In this document: piece after piece, positions 22,837 to 33,762 of the stretch
Layout: each line of letters starts with the position of its first letter
How positions within the stretch are numbered: position 1 is the first letter of the stretch
Assembly: GCA_964019335.1 (NCBI GenBank)
Contig: OZ025653.1
Location: forward strand, 496,001-560,000
DNA from: Diplonema japonicum
Taxonomy: Eukaryota > Protista > Euglenozoa: Diplonemea
Length of the DNA stretch: 64,000 nucleotides
Direction: 5' to 3'
Position numbers and translations under genes: made by a program
Notes under the pieces: generated by a model
Database searches by the model: none
What the model was told of the DNA's origin: nothing
What the model saw: only the letters and a program-made list of their open reading frames with translations

Positions 22837-24924
22837 CTACTTCTTGCTCTGAGCTTTGACAACAGGCGAGAGCCATGGGTGAGCAAGAAGCTGTTCCGCA
22901 GTGGGCCTGTGAGAAGAGCACCAGGTTAAGCACTGCATCACAAAATTATGGACATTTCCAGCTTCTTCAGGAGAGCACCGCCGCAACAGCGTCGCCTTGA
23001 TGTCGGGTATTTTATTGACGTGGGGGCTTTTGAACCGATCGTTGCTGTCAAAGAAGCGATAGGCGTAAACACCTTTAAGCACAGAGGGCGGGGGCTTGCC
23101 TATGAACTGAGTGATTTCTGATAAATGCTCGATGTCGTTCCCGTGCTCCGACGTTACTCCAGGCTTGGACTTTGGATCAAAGAGGAATTTCCCTGTCACC
23201 ATCTCGTAGACAATGCACCCTAGGGACCAGATATCAGTTTCACAACCGAAATCATTCCCTAAAATGATCTCCGGTGCACGATATTCCCGCGTCTGTATTA
23301 ATGCCCCTTTCGTGTAGTTGGAAGCTCTTATCAACCTGTGATCAATGTCGTCTAAGGGCTCTCCAGTGTGTTTCTTCCCATTCTTCGCCTTCAATAGGAA
23401 CGACAGCCCGAAATCGGATATTTTCAGCTCCCGCTGCTGTTTCAAATCGTTCAAAAGTTGTGTCTTTCCACCGACGTCCAGCATCTTCTCCCCCGGGTTG
23501 GCGTGGCGACGCACGATTTGTTCGATATCCGCAGAAGGCTTCACGAACATCAGGTTTTCGGGTTTTAAATCCGTGTGAACTACGTTGACTGCCTTCAACT
23601 GTCGCAGGGTCTTCAGGATCGAGATGGTGATGGTTTTGACCAAGTTGATGTCCTGTACGCCACGGTAGCCTGACTGTGCCATTAGAACATCTAAAGGCGC
23701 GCCGAGCAGCTCGAACACCATGCACACATGTGTCCCGTACAGCCCTCGGTGCTCGAAGTGGTTTAGCAGCCTTGCCACCCCACCGCTGTCCATCTGTGTC
23801 TTGTCTGTGCTGTACGGGTTGTTCTTCGCCAGATAATACAGCAGTGCCACCTCGTGCGTCGAGCTGGACACCACGTTCGGCGCGCACCGCGTCACTTTTA
23901 TCGCAACAAATTCGAAAATCTTGTCCGATCGCACAGTCTTATCGCGAATTGTCTTGTCCTGTGCCAGCCACACCGTCGAGGACTGGCCCCGCCCCAGCTG
24001 CTTGATGACACGGTACTGGTGGTGCAGGACGTCGCCAGGCTTGACATGCCCGTAGCCACCTTCACCGAAGTTGAGAGAAGTTGAAGGAAGAGGCGGCACA
24101 GAGCTGACCCGATTGTAGTAATCAGTCTGCCGCGGCTGTGGGTGGCTGTGCGTGCTGCTCTTCGCAGGCTTCTTTTTCGTCGACGTAGGCTCCTTCGACT
24201 CTTGAGCGGGCGACTTCTTCCTTCGCAGCGCGTTGCCGTTCATCGGAGTTGCCGGGCGGGAGTGCCTCCCGGAAACCTTGCGTGTATTAGAAGGGGGGGG
24301 ACTCTTCGTCCGTTTAGGCTTCACATGGCTAGCATCTGTGCCATGCTTACTGCGGGGGGCTTTTTGCACGCTCGTGAGGGACTTCTTAGAAACCGCTTTG
24401 GGGCTCGTCGTGCGTTTTGGGGTTTGAAGCGGCTTCCTGTCAGCAGAGGAGCTGCGTGCTGGTTCTTTTTCGCTGGGAGGTTTGCGTTCGGGGCTGCGGA
24501 GACGAGTGGGACGGGGCTGCCTTTCTTTCGAAGTGCTTCTGGCCTCCTTCGCGGTTAACGGCACTATTGTGTCGGGGGGCTTGAAGCTGTGGTCGAGGGT
24601 GCAGCTCGCTTTGTTCGCAACGATGGTGGAGCCGTTTGAGATCTGAACCTTCAAACTCCCGAAGCAGACGGCGTTTACTACCCCGCTGCGAGGCTGGGGG
24701 TTCTGCTTAGTGCTGACTACCACTCTGCACCCAACAGTGAACTGCTCCTTCTTCGGCGGCGACCTGGCCCTGCTGGCTCCAGGAGGAACCGCAACCTGCT
24801 GCTTCATGGCCTTCGAACGGAACGGCGAGTTCGTAAACCCGTACTTCGCTGGACTCCCCATCAAAGGAGCGCTAGGCTTCGGGCTGGCATGCACCGCCTT
24901 CTTAGCCTTCGACCTTTCTTCCAT
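22837..24924 (-). CDS. SRPK-family (CMGC) protein kinase with a long basic low-complexity N-terminus
   Basis: GGYGHVKPGD...YRVIKQLGRGQSSTVWLA, HVCMVFELLG, HTDLKPEN, DFG, IQTREYRAPE, DIWSLGC. Confidence 0.9.
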   Translation of the reverse strand: MEERSKAKKAVHASPKPSAPLMGSPAKYGFTNSPFRSKAMKQQVAVPPGASRARSPPKKEQFTVGCRVVVSTKQNPQPRSGVVNAVCFGSLKVQISNGSTIVANKASCTLDHSFKPPDTIVPLTAKEARSTSKERQPRPTRLRSPERKPPSEKEPARSSSADRKPLQTPKRTTSPKAVSKKSLTSVQKAPRSKHGTDASHVKPKRTKSPPPSNTRKVSGRHSRPATPMNGNALRRKKSPAQESKEPTSTKKKPAKSSTHSHPQPRQTDYYNRVSSVPPLPSTSLNFGEGGYGHVKPGDVLHHQYRVIKQLGRGQSSTVWLAQDKTIRDKTVRSDKIFEFVAIKVTRCAPNVVSSSTHEVALLYYLAKNNPYSTDKTQMDSGGVARLLNHFEHRGLYGTHVCMVFELLGAPLDVLMAQSGYRGVQDINLVKTITISILKTLRQLKAVNVVHTDLKPENLMFVKPSADIEQIVRRHANPGEKMLDVGGKTQLLNDLKQQRELKISDFGLSFLLKAKNGKKHTGEPLDDIDHRLIRASNYTKGALIQTREYRAPEIILGNDFGCETDIWSLGCIVYEMVTGKFLFDPKSKPGVTSEHGNDIEHLSEITQFIGKPPPSVLKGVYAYRFFDSNDRFKSPHVNKIPDIKATLLRRCSPEEAGNVHNFVMQCLTWCSSHRPTAEQLLAHPWLSPVVKAQSKK

Positions 24925-25091
24925 GCCGCCCACCCGACCCTGAAAGCGATAAACACGTAAAGAAAGATAAAGAGAAATGCAACAACGTGACGCAATAGAA
25001 GGTGATAACGTAAAAATGACGAAGTTTCGTTAAGGCTAGCTACTTCTTCTCTTTTTTCCCCCCCTCTCTCTCTCCCTTTTTTTCCTCTCGT

Positions 25092-26915
25092 TCACCACCA
25101 TGTTTGAGTGGCGCTGGTACCATAGCTGCTCTTTTGGTTCCAAGACTCCAGGGTTTCAATACGCTTTTGTTTGACCCATTCCTTCGTGTTCCTGTTTTAT
25201 TTTATTTTTCACCCCCCTGATCCCAGTAGTACACACCAGTGCCGTGCTCCGTTGAATGTAAAGCTGATCTCTTTAGGACGTGCTTGCTGCTTGCCAGACT
25301 CAAGCCCAATGACCTTGATAACAATCCCCGATTTCGGTGGCGGCTTGTCTCCTTCGCACTCGACTTCATGTCCTACCATCTGCGAATTTTTTTTAAAAAA
25401 GTTCTTTTTCCAACCCCACCCTTTTAAAAAAACACAAACCTGCATGGCGATCGCAACGCAAGCAGACGAAGTAAAGCAGAGCGTGATGCTGCCGTCGGGG
25501 ATCTCCTCACCAGGGGTGTCTTCGGGTAGGGATTTTCTTGAGTATTTCACTTTACCAAGATCGGAGAAGAGCTTTTTGACGGCCACCGCTTGCAACTGCA
25601 TACCGTTTGTGACTGGGGACACAAGAATGGTTTTCGCAGTAGAGAGGGTGCTGTTAAGGTCAAGCTGAGCGGACCTCGCTGCCTTCTTTTTGTCAAGATC
25701 GATACGAATGGGTCGCCTGTTGATTAGAAATACGCCTGAATGTTGAACGGCCTTTGTAACGGAGTCGAGGTGTGTGTAAGTGACGCGGGCCGTACCGTTG
25801 AAACCAGAATCGCCGAAGTTCATGTTCACCGTTTCGATTTCACCGAATTTTTTAAGCGCGAATATTATCTGGTCTTCCGTGAGGGTGAGGGGGAGGTTTG
25901 CTACAAAAACGGTGTTTTTATCACCGAGAAGCGTGTTTTTTGAAAGTTGGTCGGCGGTTTGCTTTTGTTCAACTCTGACTGTTCGACCGCTGACGATTAT
26001 CTTACCATCTTGGATGCTGCGGACAGCTGCAGCCTCTTGTTTCTTTTTGGCGAAGGTGACAATGGCGCACCCGTTCGGGAGGTTCATCTCGTTTTTCAAC
26101 AGTTTGAACGACGCGAGTTTTGCTCCGCAAATTTCGCGGAGCTCTGATGTGAAGAGTTGTTGTGCGTCAGGGATCCTCGGCAGGTTGCCAATGAAGTACC
26201 GTTCCTTGTCTTGTTTCTTTTCGTCGGGTTTTTCAGGACCGCGTTCTTCCCCCGCGGTTTTCATACGTTTGACAGCTCGAATCTTTCCGAGCTTCGCTGT
26301 GTTTATCGCTGTTATCACGTCATCAGTTTTGTCGAGATCTTCACATTGCAAGCGAACTGCACTGCGAAATGTTTTCGTCCGATTGTCCGTCAACGGTGTG
26401 AACTCTGCTATCCCGCATGTCTCTTCAATGATTTTTTTGACATCTTCGAACTGTGATTCCTTGATGTTCTCTAAAATCGCAATACTGTACTTTTCTGTTT
26501 TCCCGGAATTTTTCTCGGAGCTGTCCGGTTTTATTGTTTTCACGCTGACGCCTTTGCATGTTTCTTTAATCTCTGCCGCTGTTTTTTCCGCTGCGTTTTC
26601 ATCGGAAAACGTGAGTTTCATCATATTTCTCGATTTGCCGGAAGCGTCTTCGAGCTCTTTGCACATTTTGCATTGGTTCTCCGAGGCGATTTTTGCCACG
26701 TTCGTTCGTAGTTCTGGTGTTTTGACCCTTCCGATGATGAGGATTATGTCCGTCTCCACGGGTGCTGCTCGTTTTTTCTTATCGGGTTTGTTTGATGTTT
26801 TCTGTTTTTTCCGTTTGTGCGCACCACCTTGGGAGCTCTCCCCCACATCCTCTCTCGATCTTTTTTGAACCTGCCTCAGCTGATTCGCGATGTTTGTCAT
26901 CGAAAATTTCCCCAT
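25092..26915 (-). CDS. Nucleolin/Nop4-like multi-RRM protein (3 exons)
   Basis: RRMs (YFIGNLP...GCAIVTF; VFVANLP...GTARVTY) and a K-rich N-terminus. One in-frame intron near 25380-25439; last exon NTKEWVKQ...QTWW*. Confidence 0.75.
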
Positions 26916-26939
26916 TTTTCCTCTTTTTTTTTTTTCACC

Positions 26940-26976
<37 letters not shown>

Positions 26977-27125
26977 GAAAACGAAAAAAAAAAAAGAGAA
27001 TTAAGAAACTTGTACCATAGAATTAAAAAAAAAAAAAAAGGAACACCCCCTCGATCAAAACACTAATTCAAAAAGAAATATTTTGAAGGAACACTATTGG
27101 AAGAAAAGGGTAAAGTTGATGATCC

Positions 27126-27995
27126 TTAAATGATCGAAGCGGACGCGCCCACAGCAGCGAGGGCGGCCTTCAGTGTCTCGGCGTCGTCCTTGGAGACGGC
27201 AGTGGCCACCACACTGGGGAGGTTTTCGGTTTTATCCTTTGCATCCTTTAGACTCATTTTGAGTGCGTCCTTCAGCGCCTAGGTTTTTTTTTTTTTTTTT
27301 TTTTTTTCCCCCCTTCTTTTTTTTTTCTCTTTTTTTTTTTCTGTACCTTAATAGTTTTCACCTTCTTCTCCGGGTCGATTTGGGTCATTTTTACGTCAAA
27401 CTCAGTTTGTTCAACCGCTGCAGGCGCTTCTTCCTTCTCTTCAGGCGCAGCTTCTTCCGCTGCTGGCGCCGCTGCTGCCGGCGGAGCCATCTGCATGGCA
27501 CCAGGCTGCATCATCATCATGCCGCCACCACCACCACCACCACCACCACCCGAAGACAGAGCCTTCGAAAGGTTCATCACAAGATCGTACTCCCACATTT
27601 CCGACTTGCCCATCGACTGTAAGGGGTGGGTTTTTTTTTTCCTCCCTTCAATAAAATACCTCATTGATAATCTTTTGAAACAATCTGAACTGCAGCACGT
27701 TCAACGACATCACCTTTTCAGCCAAGTCGTACACCACCTTTTTTTTTCTCTTCTTTTTTTCTCCCCCCTGGTATGAGTATACCTTCTCAGGACCCTCCCC
27801 CTTTTGTGGCAATCGGAAGTGTGCCGTCAGCTCATCTTCTTTAGTGGTAGGGATGTCCTTCTCCGCCTCTGCCTTCGGCGGCTCGCAGTACGTTCTCTGT
27901 GTGTTTTGTGTGTATCGTTCTCCCTCTTTACCCCAATATACCTGAGTGTGTCGGTGCGCTACCCTTGCGACCCTGAACATCCGTGTGCTCAGCAT
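27126..27995 (-). CDS. MRPL12: Mitochondrial ribosomal protein bL12 (L7/L12), multi-exon
   Basis: Transit peptide MLSTRMFRVAR, Ala/Gly hinge, and C-terminal domain QTEFDVKMTQIDPEKKVKTIK|ALKDALKMSLKDAKDKTENLPSVVATAVSKDDAETLKAALAAVGA after splicing out 27279-27346. Confidence 0.85.
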
Positions 27996-28093
27996 TTTTT
28001 TTTAAAAAAAAACCTCCCAAAAAAACCTCCTTTTTTTTTTTATCCCCCCGTCTCCAAGAACAATTTGGAAAAAAAAAAAAAAAAAAAAAAAAA

Positions 28094-29218
28094 CTAAAGC
28101 TCGTCGTCGTGTCTCAGGTTCAGAATAACGAACTCGTTCATGTCCTCAGCGGTCCTGTCACCTGTGTAGAGCAGCGGAGGCTGAGATTCCATCTTAAGAT
28201 ACAATGTAGGGTAGCTTTCTACTTCATAAAGAGCAGGAGCGTCAGTTGATGACACATCCATTGCGATGAGGGTGACATGAGTGGGGAGGAGGGAGGCCAG
28301 ACGGAGGAAATCCGGTTTCATTTCGGTGCAGTGTGTGCACCATGGCGCGTAGAACAGGATGAAAAAATTCTTGGGGAGCTTTTCCACGTACTCGTCAGTA
28401 AACTGGTACGGGGCGGCATGGGTTACCTTCCCCTTGAAACCATCGTCCTCCTCTTCCTCTCGGTCGTGTAGGTCGATGGTGCCCTCGTTTATAGAGCCTA
28501 TAAAGGTTTCAAATGTTTTTGCGGAAAATCTTTCCACGTTCATGCTCCCTGCTTTGTTTTTATTGTCATCGGTCAGAGTATCCACGTGGTAGGAAGCCGT
28601 ATCGCCTGGTGAAAGGTAAAATATGCATAACGGGTTGTTTTTAGCGATTTTTGCCATCCTTTTCACAATGTATTTTACCATTTTTTCGTTTGAATACGCG
28701 ATTTTTTCAACGACAGTCACGTGGTTCATTCCAGGGAGGATATCGTCCGATGGAGTGTGTAAGCTGTCTCTCCAGTTTACCACCATTTTTGACCTTTCGG
28801 AGATGAATTGGTAGAACTCCTTCTTCGTTTCTCTGTTGAGCTTCCCCGTTGTTGGTGTGTACAGGAACGGGTTCAGTTTTTCTTTTTCCATGGTTATCAT
28901 GAGTTCCGGGAGGTGTAGTTCCGCGGAGAAGTCCGACCCCTCTTCGTCTACCCACGCACCGCATCTTGTTTCAATCTTCTTCACCCTGCTGCAGAGGATT
29001 TCGCAGATTTCCATGGCATCCTCATCGTTTTCTCCCACATGAATCATGATCTTCACGCCTTTGCCTTTTAAAAAATCCCGTTCTTCTTCCTCCGTCCCCA
29101 CTTCAGTTATCAGCACCTGCTCTTCCGACAGCGTCTGCGGGCCGGCACCCATTTCACCAAAATCCCCAAACCCTTCAACCACCATCAACAATATTGGGAG
29201 AGCTGTTATCGAATTCAT
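28094..29218 (-). CDS. Thioredoxin/PDI-family ER protein
   Basis: Signal-peptide-like start, FYAPWCTHC active site, YEVESYPTL, and C-terminal DDEL ER-retention-like motif. Confidence 0.85.
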   Translation of the reverse strand: MNSITALPILLMVVEGFGDFGEMGAGPQTLSEEQVLITEVGTEEEERDFLKGKGVKIMIHVGENDEDAMEICEILCSRVKKIETRCGAWVDEEGSDFSAELHLPELMITMEKEKLNPFLYTPTTGKLNRETKKEFYQFISERSKMVVNWRDSLHTPSDDILPGMNHVTVVEKIAYSNEKMVKYIVKRMAKIAKNNPLCIFYLSPGDTASYHVDTLTDDNKNKAGSMNVERFSAKTFETFIGSINEGTIDLHDREEEEDDGFKGKVTHAAPYQFTDEYVEKLPKNFFILFYAPWCTHCTEMKPDFLRLASLLPTHVTLIAMDVSSTDAPALYEVESYPTLYLKMESQPPLLYTGDRTAEDMNEFVILNLRHDDEL

Positions 29219-29361
29219 TTTTTTTTTGTTCCTTTCTTTTTTTTTTTTTGTAGGTTCGAAGAGAACACAAGAAGAATGGGGAGGATGGAATAATAAAAAA
29301 AAGTTGTACAGGTACAAATACGGGGGGGAGAGGGGATAACTATACCAAGAGGGAAGAAAAA

Positions 29362-29898
29362 GAAGAAGAAGAAACTATTCTGTTAACTGTATCGTCCAAT
29401 ACTACCTATAGGCGCTCTTGCAACGACCACCACAGCCATCGCCAACGTGCCAAAAAATGGGCTAAACTCGCACACTGGTGTGAGCTTCAAGGGAGCTAAA
29501 CGTTTCAGACATGGCGTGCCACACCCATAGGCCTCACGACCGGGGAGGGGGACATTTATCTTTCGCCCGTAAGCTAGAGTGCGCATGCATCCCCAGCTCG
29601 CTTTGGGAGGTGTTGCCAACACCTGGGTCGCTTCGCGGTCCGACCTGCTGCCCAATTCAAAGCGCGGTTGCGGTGAATCCAAGCCCCCTAAGCATCGACA
29701 CGATTAACAAAGGGGTTTGTTACGCCGGGATATCTTGTTCACCAATGCTCCATACGCCCCCTGTTGCCAGTTCGCCGGATGAGCATACTGCAGGGTCTTC
29801 CACTCATCCGTTGCCCGGTGGGTACCACGAGGAGGTCAGCAACAATTCTATACTTTTGGCCACGTAGGGCCTGTTCTACATTTAGTATAGTCCCACCT
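29362..29898 (-). mobile_element. Putative non-autonomous retroelement (SINE/SIDE-like) headed by an HDV-like ribozyme
   Basis: GC-rich, hairpin-dense island with no credible protein. Its 5' end coincides with ribozyme G1 and it has a 3' (TTC)n tail. Candidate low-complexity TSD GAAGAAAAA at 29353-29361 and 29899-29907. Confidence 0.55.
29761..29897 (-). ncRNA. HDV-like (double-pseudoknot) self-cleaving ribozyme
   Basis: Minus strand: P1 GGUGGG(A)/(A)CCCACC; J1/2 hairpin CUAUACU/AGUAUAG; P2 UUGUUGCUG/UGGCAACAG; P3 ACC/GGU with L3 UCCUCGU; P1.1 GG then GCAA; P4 CGGAUGAG/CUCAUCCG; J4/2 GCGAAC containing the catalytic C. Confidence 0.88.
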
Positions 29899-30191
29899 GA
29901 AGAAAAAAAACCTTGGTGGATAAAAAGAGTTGATGATACCCCCACGGTCTTCCCCGTTTCTTTGAACTCATCTAAAAAAGAGAAAGCCGATAATAAAAAA
30001 AAGGGGGGCGGATGGAGAAGAAGTCAGAGGAAGAACAAAAACAAAAAAAAGCGTTACTTTTTTTTTTTCTCGTTTTTTCTTTTTTTTTTTTTCGTGTCGT
30101 TGTACAAACAAAAAAAGGGGGAGAAAGGGAGGGGGAGAAAAGTTACAATTTAAAAAAAAAGGGGGGGGGGAAAGTGGTACAAAATACAATT

Positions 30192-31106
30192 TTAGCTCTC
30201 TTCATCAGAATCACCGTCGCCATCACTGTCCACATAGCGAATGTCCAAATCGGTGTCAACCTTATTCACGGAACTGCTTCTTCCCTTTGATGTGTCCAAG
30301 CCTCGTTCGTTTCTCTTTTGAAGCCAGAGCTTCCTGTATGCCTCGCGTTGCCCTTCGATGGCCTTTTCCTGCTCATCGACCTTCTTCCGCATGTCGTCTG
30401 TGAGTATAGTATCTTCCACGTCAAAACCTTTGATAACAGTGAATCCCGTGGAGAACCGTTGTGCTGGTTTTGTTTGATTGTCTTGAATGACTTGAAATGC
30501 AACACTACCGGATCTTCGAAAAGGCTCTGGGCTGACGCTCATACGTTTGTAACTGCTTGAGAGACGTGAGACGTTGCCGGTGGAGAATTTTCGCTGGACT
30601 TGCGGGGGAGGGGGTGGAGGGGGCTGATTCACACTGCTTCGTCGCCGGCTGAACGACAAGCTGCCTGAGGACAGGCGTTCCCATTTCTGGGCGTGTGATG
30701 ATGTTCGTGAGAGAGACCTTTGCAGAGCGGGTGTGTCGCCCTCCAATGTGTGCAGCGACAAGTTGCTGTACATACTGCTGTTGCACGACATGTCCGAAGA
30801 CCTGAACGCAATGGTGCTCTTCACCTGGTCAACAACCTCCTCGTCAGACCACTCCTTCTCCTTCGCCAGCCCCGGTACTATCTTTTCCTTGAACGTTTTG
30901 AACGTTACGTACCTCTTTCGTTCCTTCGGCAGCACCTTCATGAACAGTAGCTCCGCCTCTGCTTGTGTGAACATTGGACTCAGCATCTCGCTCTCCTTGC
31001 ACAATCTCACAAACCTCGAAATGTCCATCATCTGTTTTGTTCCCCCTGTGCTTAACCGGCCCTTTCCAAACGAGCAGAACTCATCAAAAGCCTGTTTCAA
31101 CGACAT
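30192..31106 (-). CDS. TPPP/p25-alpha domain protein
   Basis: LKQAFDEFCSFG...MDISRFVRLCKES...AELLFMKV...RYVTFKTF matches the p25-alpha N-terminal domain; Ser/Arg-rich tail. Confidence 0.8.
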   Translation of the reverse strand: MSLKQAFDEFCSFGKGRLSTGGTKQMMDISRFVRLCKESEMLSPMFTQAEAELLFMKVLPKERKRYVTFKTFKEKIVPGLAKEKEWSDEEVVDQVKSTIAFRSSDMSCNSSMYSNLSLHTLEGDTPALQRSLSRTSSHAQKWERLSSGSLSFSRRRSSVNQPPPPPPPQVQRKFSTGNVSRLSSSYKRMSVSPEPFRRSGSVAFQVIQDNQTKPAQRFSTGFTVIKGFDVEDTILTDDMRKKVDEQEKAIEGQREAYRKLWLQKRNERGLDTSKGRSSSVNKVDTDLDIRYVDSDGDGDSDEES

Positions 31107-31289
31107 TTTTTCTTTTTCTCTCTCTTTTTCAAATTTGTTTCCCTCCACCTAGTGGTATTGACTTGGCGGGGGACAGGAATACAAGGAGACAATAAAAAGA
31201 AAAGTACTACAACAAAATTCTTATTTGAATAACAGCTCTATGGAAAATATACATGGTGGAAGAATGGGGGGGGGGGGGGGCGTTGACTC

Positions 31290-33530
31290 TTAGAGAATAG
31301 ACTTGTGCACCATAACGAAGATGATGTGCTTGGCACCGCTGTTCATCTGTGGGTTTGGGTTGTTGCGAAAGAAAAACGTTGAGCACACCTCCCTTCCTTC
31401 TTCCTGCAGGATGCTCTGAAGGCTGTTCATGTTTTGCCCGAGTTTCGTTTGTTCCGACAGCAGCTCTTCCAACGGCTGTGCCGAGAACGCCCCGGCGGTG
31501 ACCTGTGTTGCGGTTTGCGGATTTGTCAGAAACATACCCCCCTTGGTGCCAGGTGCAGGTTGAAGTTCCCCCTCGCCAGCATGATCCCTTGTGTCTTTGT
31601 GAGGAACTTCGTCAGCTCCTCCGCGAAGATGTCAGGCGTGAAGGACCCGAGGAAGTTGATGGTGTCGAAGATAGGTTTTGACTGTGTTTTTTTGTTTCCT
31701 TTTGTTTATTTTGCCCTTCCATACGCTAGGTCTGTACACGACAACTGTGGCACCATAGTATCCTTTGGGCTTCCCTTTTTTCTTTGGCGAGGGCTGACGT
31801 TCGTCCGCCTTGTACGGTGGCCTTGGCTCCTTCGGAGTATGCTGCGGGGGGAGCCCTTCAAGCTCCTCAGTAGTGACCGTCGGCGGCTCCAAGCGTGGCT
31901 TCGGCGACACGGTGGATATGGTGGGCGAAGCCATAGAGGAGTACGTAGGGGAGCGGTCCGTCTCCGACTCGGGGAGGGACCACGGCGGGGGTGGTGGTAT
32001 GTCCGGCGAGTGCGCCCGCTGGTACTCCCTCCCTGGTAGGGGCTTCTGAGAAAGTACTTTTTGCGGCGCGTCAGCGGCACTCATCTGTGGTGAGGTAGAC
32101 TTCGTCCTGAAAAGTAACGCCACAGGCAGCAGCGCTCCTGCCCTGAACGAACCCTGATCAAGTTCCATGACACTACTCAGTGCTTCATTGTAATACCGCA
32201 CCGCGCCGTTCCTCCGTACAGAAACCACTTGCGTCAGTATGTCGACCACCTCACTGTTCCCAGTCCGCACAAGCAGATCATACTGCGACGGGATGACCAG
32301 CCCCACACCCTCCCGCCCTACTAGCACCCTCGTTACTTCATCCAACGGCACACATCTCTTCACCAGCCCTGCGATTGTCACCACATACACACACCTGTCG
32401 GTGACGAGCAGGATTGCCTCCCTGGATGCTGTCTTGGTTTCGACACCCACCACACCTGTCCACAGGATGGGTGCTTGTGCCGCGACCTTCTTGCAAGCTG
32501 TAACAATGGTGTTCAGCGCCCTGCGCACCTCTCGTGGGTGGTCGCCGATGGTGATATATGACAGGTTCGATACCGAACAGTGCGTGGGCATCGCTGACGA
32601 CGGCATTGTGATGACCTGCAGCTCACCGTACGACAGCTCTTCGGGAGGGCTGGGCGGGGCGGGCGGTGCAGGGGGGGGTGGTGGCTTGGTAGGCTGGTGA
32701 TGTTCGACAGGAAGCGGCGGAGCGATCTGCGGTGCGAAAGTAGGTGTGGGTGTGGGGCTTGCAGGAACCGCAAAGGCCACATTCTCAAGCTCCTCTTCGA
32801 GGGACTTAATCCTGAGTTGGAGGCTGCTGGTCTCCCTGCAGCTCTGCTCTATGGTGTCGGTCAGCTGCTTGTCTTTGGCGACGAGACACATCTGCGCCTC
32901 GAGCACCTGCTGCTTTAGCCCGCGGGTTTCCTCCCTCAGGGTTTTGGACTCGCGAGCCGATTGCTGTGAGCCAACCTGTCGTTCTGTCTGCAAAGTGGCA
33001 AGGAGCCTGTCCTTGCTCTCGATGGTCATCTTGAGCTGCTCGTTGAGGCTGTTGACGGTGGCGAGTTCCTGCTTCAGGTGCTCTGTCTCTGCGGAGTGGG
33101 TTGCGACGGCAGCGGTGGTGTTGATGGCATGAGACACGCCATCCATTTTGATCTGCTCCATTATGGTACGGAGTTGATGCACGACATCTTGGTGCGCCGC
33201 CTCGCAGGTCTTGATGTTGTTTCGCGCCCCATGCAGCTCCGCCTCCAGGGAGACGATCTTCTCCTCGTACTCCTGCACCATCCTCTTGTGGAACCTCACC
33301 AGTTCCTTCACATCCCCAGCATCGTCGTAGAATGCTCCAGGAAACGCCAACCCCTTCTCGGGGGGCGGCGGTGGCACAGGGCTCCTTCTCATAGGGCTTC
33401 GGTCAGGGTTCGTGTCTGCTACTTGCGTTGGTATTGGGGCAATCATATCCCTCGATCTCTCCCGCAGTTCCTGGCTTTGCCGTAAAATATCGTTCATCCT
33501 AGACGTGATGCCACCAGAGGAATACGCCAT
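31290..33530 (-). CDS. Coiled-coil, proline-rich protein with a myosin-TH1/PH-like segment (4 exons)
   Basis: REAILLVTDRCVYVV...VKRCVPLDEVTRV...GLVIPSQYDLLV segment; three GT-AG introns extend ORF 31632-33635 to the stop at 31290. Confidence 0.65.
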
Positions 33531-33762
33531 GTTTATGGACAGGGCCACCCCCCCGACCCTTGAGCAAATGTATCGTGTAAAGAAAAAAATAGAGGATAAA
33601 AGCCGATAGGGAAGCAGGAAAAAAAAAAGTGTCACAAAGCAATCGGAAAAATGTTTGAATTCGAAAGAAAGAAAAAAAGGAAGAGGGGGAAAAAAAAGGC
33701 AAAACGAAAACGGGAAAAGGGAAACCCTTCTTTTTGGAAAAAGAAGAAGGACTTCCCCTTTT

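Noticed and set aside
29761-29788. GTATG...CAACAG segment resembling a 28-nt intron that would join ORFs 29739-29945 and 29383-29682
   Set aside because: All three spliced frames hit stops shortly afterwards; the segment is fully explained as ribozyme P4'/J4/2/P2'.
29884-29894. AGTATAGTCC resembling a group I intron S element
   Set aside because: No upstream R element (GACTA) or P/Q core; the sequence belongs to ribozyme P1/J1/2 on the other strand.
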